This document shows positions 1-10,200 of a stretch of 64,000 nucleotides of DNA, piece after piece. The translations under genes were made by a program, and so were the position numbers. The notes under the pieces are model-generated. The model ran no database searches and had not been told where the DNA came from. It saw only the letters and a program-made list of their open reading frames with translations. The stretch is from contig CAWJSJ010000001.1 of the NCBI GenBank assembly GCA_963845565.1, positions 352,001 to 416,000 of the forward strand. Direction: 5' to 3'. The first letter of the stretch is position 1, and the number at the start of each line of letters is the position of its first letter. Source of the stretch: an uncultured Methylomirabilota bacterium. GTDB lineage: Bacteria; Methylomirabilota; Methylomirabilia; Methylomirabilales; 2-02-FULL-66-22.

Positions 1-2
1 CC

Positions 3-914
3 GAAGGCATCGCCTGGCGGCTGGAGCCGTTCCCGGGGGAATGCACCGAGGCCGCGGTCGAGGCGCTGGTCGCCGCCACCCGGGCTTGGGCCCCGGAGAT
101 GGTGGTCGCGGCGGGCGGCGGCAAGGCGCTCGACACGGGAAAGTTGCTCGCCGAGGCGCTTGGAGTCCCGTCGGTGATGGTGCCGACCATCGTGGCCACC
201 GACGCCCCCACCAGCCGCGTGGCGGTCCTGTACACCGAGGAGCACGCGCAACTCCGCGTGGTACGGCTGCGGGCCAGTCCGGCTTTGGTCGTGGTGGACA
301 CGGTCATCATCGTGCGTGCGCCGGTGCGCTTCCTGGTGGCGGGCATGGGGGATGCCATCGCGACCTGGCCCGAGGCGCGGACCTGTGGCGCCAAGCCGGG
401 GCGCACGCCGGCCGGCGGCCGCCCGTCGCGCGCGGCGCTGGCGCTGGCGGAATTGTGCTACCAGACGGTCCTGACGCACGGTCGGCAGGCGCGCGCGGAC
501 GCCGCCGCAGGCCGCGTGACCGAGGCTGTGGAAGCGGTGGTGGAGGCGAACACACTCTTGAGCGGTCTCGGGTTCGAGAGCGGTGGGTTGGCGGCGGCAC
601 ACAGCCTGTACGCGGGCTTGAGCCTCCTGCCGGCGGGTGCCGGCTTCCTCCACGGGGAGAAGGTGGCGTTCGGCGTGATCGTGCAGACGGTTCTCGAAGC
701 GTGGCCCGCCGACGAGCGGAAGACGCTGCTGGACTTCTACCGGGATGTCGGGCTCCCCGCGACGCTCCGTGAGATCGGCCTCGGCGAGGCGACGGCCGGC
801 GACCTGCGGCGCGCCGCGGAGGTGGCGTGTCGGCCCGGATCCCACATGCACAACCTGGGACGCCCGATCGCTGTCGAGGAGTTGATCGGCGTACTGGAGA
901 GCCTGCGCGGGTGA
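3..914 (+). CDS. gldA: Glycerol dehydrogenase (iron-containing ADH family), 5'-truncated by window edge
   Basis: Open frame from base 3 (EGIAWRLEPFPGECTE...). Motifs GGGKALDTGK, VPTIVATDAPTS, AGMGDA, SGLGFESGGLAAAH, LHGEKVAFG. Confidence 0.85.
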   Translation, partial: EGIAWRLEPFPGECTEAAVEALVAATRAWAPEMVVAAGGGKALDTGKLLAEALGVPSVMVPTIVATDAPTSRVAVLYTEEHAQLRVVRLRASPALVVVDTVIIVRAPVRFLVAGMGDAIATWPEARTCGAKPGRTPAGGRPSRAALALAELCYQTVLTHGRQARADAAAGRVTEAVEAVVEANTLLSGLGFESGGLAAAHSLYAGLSLLPAGAGFLHGEKVAFGVIVQTVLEAWPADERKTLLDFYRDVGLPATLREIGLGEATAGDLRRAAEVACRPGSHMHNLGRPIAVEELIGVLESLRG

Positions 915-989
915 TTCCGGCCGAAGACCGCGGGTGATGGCGACGAACGCCGGGCCACGGCGACCCGGTCGTTGCCCGGCAGATCAGGA

Positions 990-1493
990 TCAGTCGCCGT
1001 CGGCAACCAAGACCGGGGCGAACTGGTCGCCGGTCCGACAGAGCGCGTATCGCTCGTCCCGGCCCGGGTCGCTGATCAGGACCTGGCCGCCCTCAGGCCA
1101 GATGAGGAGCATTTGCCGGCCGTTCCGCACCTCGCCCGCAGCCAGGACGGTGACGCTCTTCTCGGGTGTCACGGCTACCCCTTCGGGGAACGCGCTGGCC
1201 GCGGCGAGGAGCACCAGGGCCCGGTCGTCATTCCCTTCATTCGTCGCCGGCTCCACGCCAAGGACGATCCGGCCGCTCTTGGGATCCCGATACGCATTTG
1301 CTCGGCCGATCAGGGACGTTTCGGGAGGGCACGACGCCGTTAAGCGGGCCGTGAGCGGGATCTCGACGCCCTGACCTGCCGCGGCGTCCCCGACGGACAC
1401 GTGCGGCTGCGGGCCGGACACGGCCCGGATGCCGTCCGCGATCTGAAGCGGCGGACGCTGGGCCGGGGTGAATCTGACCTCGTACGCTTGCAT
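990..1493 (-). CDS. Hypothetical protein (~167 aa, MQAYEVRF...)
   Basis: C-terminal part of ORF 990..2051. ATG at 1493 is preceded by GGAG. Globular composition, no family recognised. Confidence 0.6.
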   Translation of the reverse strand: MQAYEVRFTPAQRPPLQIADGIRAVSGPQPHVSVGDAAAGQGVEIPLTARLTASCPPETSLIGRANAYRDPKSGRIVLGVEPATNEGNDDRALVLLAAASAFPEGVAVTPEKSVTVLAAGEVRNGRQMLLIWPEGGQVLISDPGRDERYALCRTGDQFAPVLVADGD

Positions 1494-1881
1494 GGAGAGT
1501 CTCCGTTTCTCGCAGCCTTCCGGGTCTCGGCGCGACCTCGGGGAGAATCGGCGGCGTGTTGGCGTCGCGATGGCGGCCGCGCCGTTGGCGGGCGTTTTCG
1601 GGGGACGCGGGTGCGCAGCACAGTCCGCGGAATCCGAGGTGGTCCCGAGAGGATGGCGCGGAACGACGGGCCGCAGTCTGACGGATATCATAGGATTTGG
1701 CAACATCCAAAAATGCAGCGCATGTAGGACGGCGCAGCGTCGGACGGCCCCCCGATCCCGTTCCGGAGGGAAAACCGGCTCAAGTCGTTCGGCGATCATG
1801 CCGATACACGACACGAAGGGTATCGGAGCGGGGTGTTCCAGGGCGGGAGACCCGAAAAGTTCAGTCCGACACGGAGGCCTT

Positions 1882-2538
1882 ATGCCGATCTTGGTGGTTG
1901 ACGACGATCCGATCTTCCTCGAGTTGCTCGCAGGGATGCTTCGTTCCGCCGGGCACGAGGTGTTGGTTGCCGCGGATGGGGTCGGGGCGCTGGCGGTCTG
2001 CCGGCGGGTTCGGGTGGATCTCATCGTTGCCGACTGGATCATGCCCGGCATGGACGGCGTGGAGTTGTGCCAATCCCTGAAAGGGGATCCTCTTCTTCGA
2101 CAAATCTACGTCATCCTGCTGACTGCGCGGGAGCGGGTGCCCGACAAAGTGGCGGCCCTCGATGCCGGTGCAGACGAGTATGTCGTCAAGCCGTGCGCCG
2201 AGATCGAGATCTTGGCGCGGGTGCGTGCCGGACTGCGGATCCGTCGGCTGCAGGAGGAGTTGTCGGACATGGAGTGGCGGCTGGCCAGCCGGGAGCTGGC
2301 CGCCGCGCTGGGACACACGATCAACAACCCCCTGACGGCGATCGCCAACTACCTGGAGATCCTTGAGCGATCCTCTACGGCGGGGACCGACGCCTTGCCG
2401 CTGGACATGCTGACCAGTGCGCGGGGAGAAGTCGGGCGAATCGCCGAGATCGTCCGTCGGCTGGTGAACCTGCGCGACCCGAAGCGGATCGCGACGGCGC
2501 TGGGGGCCAACATGACCGATCTGGGCGGTAACGCGTGA
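1882..2538 (+). CDS. Response regulator: REC domain + HisKA/DHp-like helix, no HATPase domain
   Basis: GGAGG RBS then MPILVVDDD...DWIMPGMDG...ILLTAR...GADEYVVKP. H-box-like LGHTINNPL; protein ends soon after. Confidence 0.85.
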   Translation: MPILVVDDDPIFLELLAGMLRSAGHEVLVAADGVGALAVCRRVRVDLIVADWIMPGMDGVELCQSLKGDPLLRQIYVILLTARERVPDKVAALDAGADEYVVKPCAEIEILARVRAGLRIRRLQEELSDMEWRLASRELAAALGHTINNPLTAIANYLEILERSSTAGTDALPLDMLTSARGEVGRIAEIVRRLVNLRDPKRIATALGANMTDLGGNA

Positions 2539-2574
2539 CCTATTCCGTAGGTGGGACGGTCTCGGCGGAAGAGG

Positions 2575-3225
2575 CTACCGGTTGGCCCGGCAGTGGACGA
2601 CGACGTTGCACACCAGACGCTCGATCCGGCGGATCGTCAGTACCCGGGCGAGACGTCCGACATACACCTCGCTTCGTCTGTCCTTGAAGAAATTGACGGC
2701 GATCTCTCCGGTGGGTCCGGCGAGCGTCTTGAGCTGCCGGAGGAACGGCCGGGCCAAAGCGCCCCGCTGAAAAACGCGGCCGCGGAAAAGGTCCACCGCC
2801 ACGTAATCGAACTGGGCGCGGCACCCGGCCGCGTACGCGAAGGCGTCGCCGATGACGATCTCGAGGTTGGGCAAGGCGAGATCGAAGTGGCGACGAGCGA
2901 ATTCGATCAGGCCGGCGTCGTTGTCCACGCCCACGATCCGCACGGCGGGAAATCGTCGGGTGAGCAGATGGGCGAGCGTGCCGGCCCCCACCCCCAGCAG
3001 CAGGGCGGTGCGCGGCACGCCGTCGGGCAGCATGGCCGCCCAGTAGCCGAACGGCGGATCCCGGTCCGTCACCGCAACCGAGAGGATCACGCCGCCCACC
3101 GCGAGCACGCGGTGGCCTTCGTATTCTTCGATCCGCAGCGGCGCCTCGCTTCCGATCACCGCGGACGTTGCCGCATTTCCCGCGGCGCTGTGTAGATCAC
3201 CCAGGTGTTGTGTGGGCTCAGGCAC
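2575..3225 (-). CDS. Class I SAM-dependent methyltransferase, spermidine-synthase-like
   Basis: LLLGVGAGTLA, VGVDND, GDAFAY, FDYVAVDLF motifs. Confidence 0.75.
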   Translation of the reverse strand: MPEPTQHLGDLHSAAGNAATSAVIGSEAPLRIEEYEGHRVLAVGGVILSVAVTDRDPPFGYWAAMLPDGVPRTALLLGVGAGTLAHLLTRRFPAVRIVGVDNDAGLIEFARRHFDLALPNLEIVIGDAFAYAAGCRAQFDYVAVDLFRGRVFQRGALARPFLRQLKTLAGPTGEIAVNFFKDRRSEVYVGRLARVLTIRRIERLVCNVVVHCRANR

Positions 3226-3331
3226 GGCCTCGTCCCTCCGGGTTCGCGGGCGCTACCCCCATCGGGTGGACATTCTACCAAATTTCTCGCCGCATGTGTC
3301 GGCGTTCGGCGCAACGCCCGGGCAGTGGCGT

Positions 3332-3361
3332 TTGACATTGAAGGCGGCCTACTCCTAGAAT
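3332..3361 (+). promoter_or_regulatory. Putative sigma-70 promoter
   Basis: TTGACA-N18-TAGAAT upstream of the CDS at 3473. Confidence 0.5.
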
Positions 3362-3472
3362 GTACCCGTGCCCCGAACGGTAGCCCTGGCGGCCTTTCCC
3401 GGGTGTGAAGGGAAGGCGGCGGAGCCGCCGATGCCTTGCGGGGGATGCGGGCAATCTGGAAGGAGGAGCATC

Positions 3473-4294
3473 ATGGCACACGGCTTCCTGACGTCACCGC
3501 CGGTCCGGGGACGACAGCGACGCGAGATCTTCATCTCCGCCGTCCAGTATGACGATCAACTCAGGTCGGGCGGGATGAGCGCACTGGACCTCGCGCCACG
3601 GGCCGCCGCGTTCGGGGTGCAGGGGATAGAGTACCGGGATGTGTACTGGCGGGATAGGCGTGTCGAGTTGCCTGAGGCGAAGCGGCAACTCGCCCAACTC
3701 AAGCTGCGGGCGGCGTACACCACCATGGCGCCGCTCTACCACCCCGACCCGGCCGTGCAGCAGCGGTTGCTCCGCGATATCGAAGACGCCCGCGACCTGG
3801 GTGCCACGCTGCTCCGGGTCAATCTGGGGCAGCGGCCCGGCACCGGTCCGGCGGACGCCGCGATCCACTACGCCGGCCGCATGGCGGTCGAGCGGGCGGC
3901 CGCGCTCCGGGTGCGGCTGACTCTGGAGAACAACTCCAAGGCGCCGGATCATCTTCTCTCGGACGTGCGGCAGACGCTCGTCACGTTCAGTTGTCGCTTT
4001 TTCGGTACCAACCTCGATTTCGCCAACTACGTGACGACCGGCCAGGATCCGATCGCGGCCATCCGAGCGCTGACGCGCTGGATAAACTACACCCACGCCA
4101 AGGATGTGCAAACGACTGCGGATGGGTGGCGGTCCACGTATCTCGGGAACGGCACCTTGCCCCTGAAGGAGATCATCGGCGCCCTGGATGCAACCGGCAA
4201 GCGGTTTCCCTTCTGTTTCGAGTTCCCGGGCGAGGGCGATCCGGAGCGCGGGATCCGCCAGAGCCTGGAGTTCCTGGCGACGCTGGAGGGGTAG
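3473..4294 (+). CDS. Sugar phosphate isomerase/epimerase (xylose-isomerase-like TIM barrel)
   Basis: AGGAGG RBS. GIEY, LTLEN, NLDFAN, HAKD, LGNGTLP, FEF metal-binding pattern. Confidence 0.8.
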   Translation: MAHGFLTSPPVRGRQRREIFISAVQYDDQLRSGGMSALDLAPRAAAFGVQGIEYRDVYWRDRRVELPEAKRQLAQLKLRAAYTTMAPLYHPDPAVQQRLLRDIEDARDLGATLLRVNLGQRPGTGPADAAIHYAGRMAVERAAALRVRLTLENNSKAPDHLLSDVRQTLVTFSCRFFGTNLDFANYVTTGQDPIAAIRALTRWINYTHAKDVQTTADGWRSTYLGNGTLPLKEIIGALDATGKRFPFCFEFPGEGDPERGIRQSLEFLATLEG

Positions 4295-4317
4295 CGGGCA
4301 CGGATGGTCGCGTCGGC

Positions 4318-4539
4318 CTAAAGCGGGTGAAGGCCGGCGATCTCGACGCGGGCCTCGGCGAGCAGGGTGCGCACCTGCTCGGCCCGACCCCACTCGAAGC
4401 GCAATGCCATTCCGCAATCGCTGGAGAACTCTCGGGGGGTGGGGACCAGCTTGGTGGGCACGGCGTGCTTGAGGAGCGTCTTTTCAGCGCGTAGGGCCGC
4501 GGAGGTTGTGTGAAACAGGGCCACCCCGAGGCCGCTCAT
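4318..4539 (-). CDS. DUF3343-family small protein (selenium/sulfur carrier cluster)
   Basis: FHTTSAALRAEK...LVPTPREFSSDCGMALRF. ATGA overlap with the upstream desulfurase stop. Confidence 0.8.
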   Translation of the reverse strand: MSGLGVALFHTTSAALRAEKTLLKHAVPTKLVPTPREFSSDCGMALRFEWGRAEQVRTLLAEARVEIAGLHPL

Positions 4540-5684
4540 CCCTTGACGAGCCTTTCGATCGCGCACAACGTCGCATCCATGTCCTCTCGGCTGGTGAGGG
4601 CCCCGGGCGCGAGGCGTACCGTGCCCTCCGGAAACGTCCCCAGGGTCCGATGCGCTGCGGGCGCGCAGTGCAGCCCGACCCGGGTGAGAATCCCGTACTC
4701 CTCGTCAAGCCGAAGGCCGATCTCGGAAACGCGACGGTTCCGGATGGTGAATGACACAACCGCCGTGCGCTGTGTGGCATCGGCGGGTCCATATATCGTT
4801 ACATCAGGGATAGCGAGCAGTCCCTCGACCAATTGCCGCGTCAGCGCCACTTCGTGAGCGCGAATCGCCTCCACACCCCTGGATCTGACCCAGCGAATCC
4901 CAGCGCCCAGACCGGCAATGCCCGCGCCATTCGGGGTTCCACACTCGAACTTGTCCGGCAGATCCTCAGGCTGCTCCTCGGACTCGGACCGGCTGCCGGT
5001 GCCCCCGCGCATGATTGGGTGAAGCAGCGCCGCGTCCACCCGATCACCGAGCACCAGCCCGCCCGTTCCCGGCGGACCCAACAGTCCCTTGTGCCCGGTG
5101 AACGCCAAGAAATCAATTCCGAGGGCGGACATGTCGATCGGGATGACGCCCGCAGTCTGGGCCGCATCCACCAGGAGGAGGGTTCCCTGCCGTCGGGCGA
5201 TCTCTGCAATCTCGGTCAGGGGAGACAGCGTGCCCGTCACGTTGCTGGCGTGGTTCACGACCGCCAGGCGTGCACCGGATGAGAGCGCCTGCCGCATTGC
5301 CGCCGGTACCAGCGCCCCGTCGGAACTACATGCGGCGACACTGAGCCGCACCCCGGCCTTTTCAAGGGCGCGAAGCGGACGCATGACCGCGTTGTGCTCC
5401 ATCCCGGTGGTAACGACGTGATCGCCCGGATGGAGCAGGCCCTGCAGGACGAGGTTGATGGCGTGGGTCGCATTCTGGGTGAAGATGACTCTCAGCGGGT
5501 CGGGACTATGGAACAGTTCCGCTACCGCTTCCCGGGCGTCATAGACGGTCCGGCCGGCGGCAATGGAAAGGCGGTGGCCGGAGCGCCCCGGGTTGCCCCC
5601 GGCGTGCTCCAGGAATTCCGCCACGGCCCGCAGGACCTCCGGCGGCTTAGGCCACGAGGTGGCGGCGTTGTCGAGGTAGATCAT
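4536..5684 (-). CDS. PLP-dependent class V aminotransferase; cysteine desulfurase/selenocysteine lyase-like
   Basis: MIYLDNAATS, GNPGRSGH, EHNAV, DAAQTAG, FTGHKGLLGP, RVGLHCAP. Confidence 0.9.
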   Translation of the reverse strand: MIYLDNAATSWPKPPEVLRAVAEFLEHAGGNPGRSGHRLSIAAGRTVYDAREAVAELFHSPDPLRVIFTQNATHAINLVLQGLLHPGDHVVTTGMEHNAVMRPLRALEKAGVRLSVAACSSDGALVPAAMRQALSSGARLAVVNHASNVTGTLSPLTEIAEIARRQGTLLLVDAAQTAGVIPIDMSALGIDFLAFTGHKGLLGPPGTGGLVLGDRVDAALLHPIMRGGTGSRSESEEQPEDLPDKFECGTPNGAGIAGLGAGIRWVRSRGVEAIRAHEVALTRQLVEGLLAIPDVTIYGPADATQRTAVVSFTIRNRRVSEIGLRLDEEYGILTRVGLHCAPAAHRTLGTFPEGTVRLAPGALTSREDMDATLCAIERLVKG

Positions 5685-5902
5685 TTTCGCAGGATCAGCC
5701 TCAGGCTGCCGTCACTCTGCTCCTCCTCGGTGACGCGCCAACCGGCTCGCTCCGCGATGCGCGTGACGTTGTCGCGGGCGGTGCCGGGATCCACGAACAC
5801 CTCTACGGTTCCTCCCGCCAGTGGGCGCAGTGCGTGCGTGGCCTGGAGCGCAGGCTGGGGACAGGAAAGGCCGCGGGTGTCGAGCGTGACTGTGTTTGCC
5901 AT
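5681..5902 (-). CDS. TusA/SirA-family sulfur (selenium) carrier, YedF-like
   Basis: MANTVTLDTRGLSCPQP (CPxP motif), 73 aa, translationally coupled to the desulfurase. Confidence 0.85.
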   Translation of the reverse strand: MANTVTLDTRGLSCPQPALQATHALRPLAGGTVEVFVDPGTARDNVTRIAERAGWRVTEEEQSDGSLRLILRK

Positions 5903-5912
5903 GACGCGCCCC

Positions 5913-7019
5913 CTATGTACTCTGCGGTTCGCGCATCGTGAGACCGAGCACGATGCAGAGGGAGAGGCCAACGATGACCATGGACGGACCGAATGCCGCC
6001 GGGCCGTTCGGGGAGCTGGCAGCGTTGAACGTATGAGAAATCCCCGCACCCACGATTGCCCCCAGGGCGAAGATTGCAGCGTCTCCGTCACCCTCTCCGG
6101 CGAGGAAAAGCTGCCGCCCGGGGCAGCCACCTGCCAGCGTGAAGGCGAGCCCAGACAATACCATCCCGCCGAAGTTCCACAGGGCGTTGGTGTGCGCGAT
6201 GGGCTGCCCCTGGAATCCGGGTTTGAATAGGCCAAGGGCAAGATTCGTGAAGAAGGCCGCGACGAGAAGCGCGAGTACGCCGTTGAACAGGTGCGAATCT
6301 TTCAGAAGGATCAGGTCCCGGATGGCCCCCACGGTGCAGAAGCGGCTGCGCTGGGCCAGAAAACCCACGAAAAGTCCGATGCCGAGCGAGATGAGGATCG
6401 GAGCGTGTTGGCTTCCGGGCCCCTGGGCGGAGAAGAAGATGGGGCCGGTCGCCGTCCCGTCCGGATTTCGGCCGAACTGCGGCGCGAACAGGAGCAGGAG
6501 CAGGAGGGCAATCATCACTCCCGGCATGACCCAACCCAGTGCGCGCGGCGCGGGTCGGTTGCGTCCGAGGCCGAAGCCCATGCGGAGAAACACAATACCC
6601 AACCCAATTCCGGCGGCCAATCCCAGGATGCCTAGGATAGCGTTGCCGTCGCCCGCGCTCAGGCGGAGATAGGCGCGCCAGGGGCAGCCGAGAAACACCA
6701 GGGCGCCGATCATCGAGAGCATCCCAAGCAGGAAACGTACCACGGGGGCTGATCCGGTGCGCGGCTTGAACTCGCGAAACATGAGCGCCGCGGCCAGCGA
6801 GCCGAGGACGAAGCCGACGATCTCGGGACGGATGTATTGGACGGCAGCGGCGCGGTGGAGCCCCAGCGCGCCGGCAATGTCCCGGCTGAAGCAGGCCACG
6901 CAGACTCCCATGTTACCGGGATTTCCGAGCGCGACGAGCACGGGCGCCAGCACGCCGACCGCGATGCCGGTGAGGATCGGGCCCCAGCGGGAGGTTAACA
7001 GGTTGTGTCGTGTCGGCAT
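5913..7019 (-). CDS. yedE: YedE/YeeE-family membrane protein, putative selenium transporter type
   Basis: GNPGNMGVCVACFSRDIAGALG, QYIRPEI, FLGCPWR, QRSRFCTVG, GGCPGRQL; many TM helices; GGAGG RBS. Confidence 0.85.
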   Translation of the reverse strand: MPTRHNLLTSRWGPILTGIAVGVLAPVLVALGNPGNMGVCVACFSRDIAGALGLHRAAAVQYIRPEIVGFVLGSLAAALMFREFKPRTGSAPVVRFLLGMLSMIGALVFLGCPWRAYLRLSAGDGNAILGILGLAAGIGLGIVFLRMGFGLGRNRPAPRALGWVMPGVMIALLLLLLFAPQFGRNPDGTATGPIFFSAQGPGSQHAPILISLGIGLFVGFLAQRSRFCTVGAIRDLILLKDSHLFNGVLALLVAAFFTNLALGLFKPGFQGQPIAHTNALWNFGGMVLSGLAFTLAGGCPGRQLFLAGEGDGDAAIFALGAIVGAGISHTFNAASSPNGPAAFGPSMVIVGLSLCIVLGLTMREPQST

Positions 7020-7109
7020 GGGCGTCCCTCCGTTGTTGTCGTGCGGGATGCGACGGTGGAAACGCGTCTCTGTTCCCGTCGCGACGTCGCGACAAGCCCG
7101 ATAGCGCAC

Positions 7110-7149
7110 ATTGAAAAAACCTATATCACAATTCTTTGGTTAATGGCAA
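7110..7149 (-). promoter_or_regulatory. AT-rich promoter region of the yedE operon with a LysR-like T-N11-A box
   Basis: Minus strand reads TTGCCA...TGATATAGGTTTTTTCAAT; ATA-N9-AAT at 7110-7124. Confidence 0.35.
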
Positions 7150-7206
7150 GTGCGGGTACCCGGATCGCGATGCGTGGCTCGTTCGGCGAGACGGAGACCA
7201 CAGGCG

Positions 7207-10200
7207 TCAGTTGAAGTAGGCCGGATACCGCCGCGGGTGCGGCTTGACACGCTGGTAGGAACGGGCCAACTCGAGGAAGATCTCCAACTCGGACGTGAGA
7301 TCGCGATCCGTCCCATCGACATACACGTTCTTGATGGGAAGTCCGGCGTGCTCGGCGCGCTGGCGAGGGTAGAGCGACTCCGAGACGATGCCGTTCATGC
7401 AGGTGAACGGGCTCACGTCGATGATTCCGTCCACCCCTTTCCGGAAGAAGCAGTCCACCTTGCCGGCGGACAGAACCATCTCGCCGCCGGCACCCCGCTG
7501 GGGAAGATACGGCGCCCCGGCCCGGAGGACGTGGCGCACATCCTCCGACTCCTCGTAGCCGGCGAAGTCCTCCGCGAAGGGAGCGCGGAGGGCGATCTCG
7601 TCGGCGCGCTGGACCCAGTCCCGGACCTTGGCGCCCAACATGGCGCAGGAGAAGCGACCCCCGGCATGGCGTAGCGCCAGTTCCTGGTCCACATTGCAGT
7701 ACCACACCCATTCCGACACGTCCGACTGCCATGCCTCCGCCCCGTATGACTCCAGCCGTCGGATGAGATGGTTGTTGCTGAACTCCTCCAGTCGGCAGAA
7801 GATCTCTCCTTGGATCCCGATGAGGAGCCGTCCTCGCTGGTAGCGCGCCGCGAGGGCGCGGAAGCGATCGCGGATACGGACGAGCGTGGCGACCAGGAGC
7901 GTCAGATGGACCCTTGAGGAGAGGCCGCCCGTTTCCAGCGCCGCGCACAGTTCGTGGAGCGAGACTTGGTAGGCACGATCGGCGTCGCCCAGCGTCCACT
8001 CGTAGGGTCGGGTCTTCAGCAGGAGCTTTCTCAGGAGGTCCGAGGAGACGAGAGCGCGCCAGGCGACTCGCCGGAGGGCGGAGCCGGAGATTCCCCGGGT
8101 GTCATATCCGTCGCCCGTCGTGGGTGAGACGAGCAGCGCGTCGGGAAACCCGGCATCCCGGAGCGCGTTCCGGATGGACGGACCGTACTGGCCGAAGCGG
8201 CAAGGCCCTTCGGTGGCCGGCATGAAAAAGGCGACGTGCGCGGGGTCGAAGTCCGGCGCCTCGGTCACCTTCATGAAATCTCCGAGGGTCACCTTCGCCG
8301 GAAGGCATTCGTCGCCGGTCAGATGACGGCTTCCGAGTTCGAGCGTGCGGCGATCGGGCGGCGGCAAGGCTGTCGCCGCGATGCCGACCGATCGAAATGC
8401 GGCCGCCACGGCCTCGCTGCCGCAGTCGGTCATGCGCGAGAAGTATAGGTGCCGGCTGGGCAGGTCTGTGGACCTCTGTCGCCACCATCGCAGCATTCCC
8501 TTGCTGTCCAGGTACGCCTCGCACCGGGTGAGAAAGCCGGCGTCGTTGCTGTGCCCGTCGAACTGAAGGCTCAAGAACGGTTTGCCGCACGCGGAGCCGA
8601 GAAAATGTTTGATGTAGGAGTCGGGACCGCATTTGAAGTTTGTGATGTGCACGAGGTGCAGGGTGGGAGTGCGGCCCGCGACCTTCGCCGCGGCCAGGAT
8701 GCGCCGCCCCGAGTGCCAGTACATATTGTCGTTCACGTCGCGGATATCCACGTCACCGAGGGGCAGGCAGTCGAGCGGTATGACGTTGATCCCGTAATAG
8801 TCCCGAAGTTTCCCCGGCACGTCCAGGTTGATGGCCCGGTCATGGATGTTGTACGGACGGCCGACGAGGACGATCCCCGGCTGACCGCTAGCCGCCAGCG
8901 CCGCCAACGCCTCACGGCCGAGGTGCTCCAGCGCGGCCTGAAACCGCCGCTGGGCGGCAAACGCAGCCGCCACCGCCCGGACCGTGTGGGCTTTGCGCGC
9001 GCCCAGCATCCGTCCGAATGACACCAGATCGTGAGTGACGTGTTCCTCCCCCAGCCGGAAATGGACGGTCGGGGCCAAGATCCGCTCACGAATCGCCGCC
9101 AGGCGCGGGACGCTCTTCACGACGTAGGGAAGCGTCTGGGCCCACGGGCACATCTGCGACTCGGTCGTGTCCGGCGTCGGCTCGGCATTCAGGACATTCG
9201 GGAGGAGGATCCAGTCCACCCCCTTGTCCAGCAGGTCCTTCACGTGACCGTGCGCCACGCGGATGGGGTAGCACGGCTCCGCCACGGTCAGGTCAATGCC
9301 GTCTTGCGCAATCTTCCGGTTGGTCTCGTCCGACAGGACCACGGCGCATCCCAAGGCCTCCAGGAGCGCGCGCCAGAAGGGGAACCGGTCGTAGAAGAAC
9401 ATGGCCCGGGGAATCCCGACGCGCGGACCGGCTCCGATGGGGCCGTCGTATCCGTCCAGCAGTCGCTCTCGTCGTCGTGCCATCAGGTCGGGGATCACCG
9501 GCACGCGCTCGGTTCGGGCGCGCTTTCGGAACTTGTCGCTGCACTTGTCTCCCCAATACGTCTTGACCCCCTCGACGGTGAATTCCTGCATGTCGCAGAG
9601 GTTGGAGCACGCGCGGCACACGAACTCCCGCAGGGAGTAGCGGACTGCCTCCAGGTCGAAGCCGCGGAACGTGGACGGCCGTCCCGTCCCGCGCACCTTC
9701 TCCTGGGCCAGGAGCGCCATGCCGATGGCGCCGATCACGCCGTTGTGGGGCGGCACGATGATGCGCTGTTCCCAGGATGCCGGCGAAGGCCGCCGCGACG
9801 GCGTCGTTGTACGCCGTGCCGCCCTGGAAATAGATCGCCTGACCGATCCGGCGCCCGCGCACCACGCGGTGGAGGTAGTTGAGGGCGACGGAATAGGCCA
9901 GGCCCGCCACCAGGTCCTCGCGGGCGGCCCCGCGTTGTTGCCAGGCGTTCACGTCCTGCTCCATGAACACCGTGCAGCGCTCCCCCAAGCGGACCGGCGC
10001 GCGGGATTGAAGACGCCAGGCGCGAGAACTCCTCCTTGATGGACACCCCCAGCCGCTCGGCCTGCTCCTCGAGAAACGAGCCGGTCCCCGCGGCGCAGGC
10101 TTCGTTCATGGCGAAGTCCACCACCACGCCGTCCTCGATGGCGATGAACTTGGCGTCCTGTCCGCCGATCTCGAAGATCGTATCCACCGTCTCGCCGAGG

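Noticed and set aside
4536..5684. Sec read-through at other TGA stops (desulfurase, TusA-like, DUF192, TlpA, dehydratase 31256, cpoB)
   Set aside because: The domains are complete at the stop, several overlap the next ATG, and no missing domain half follows.
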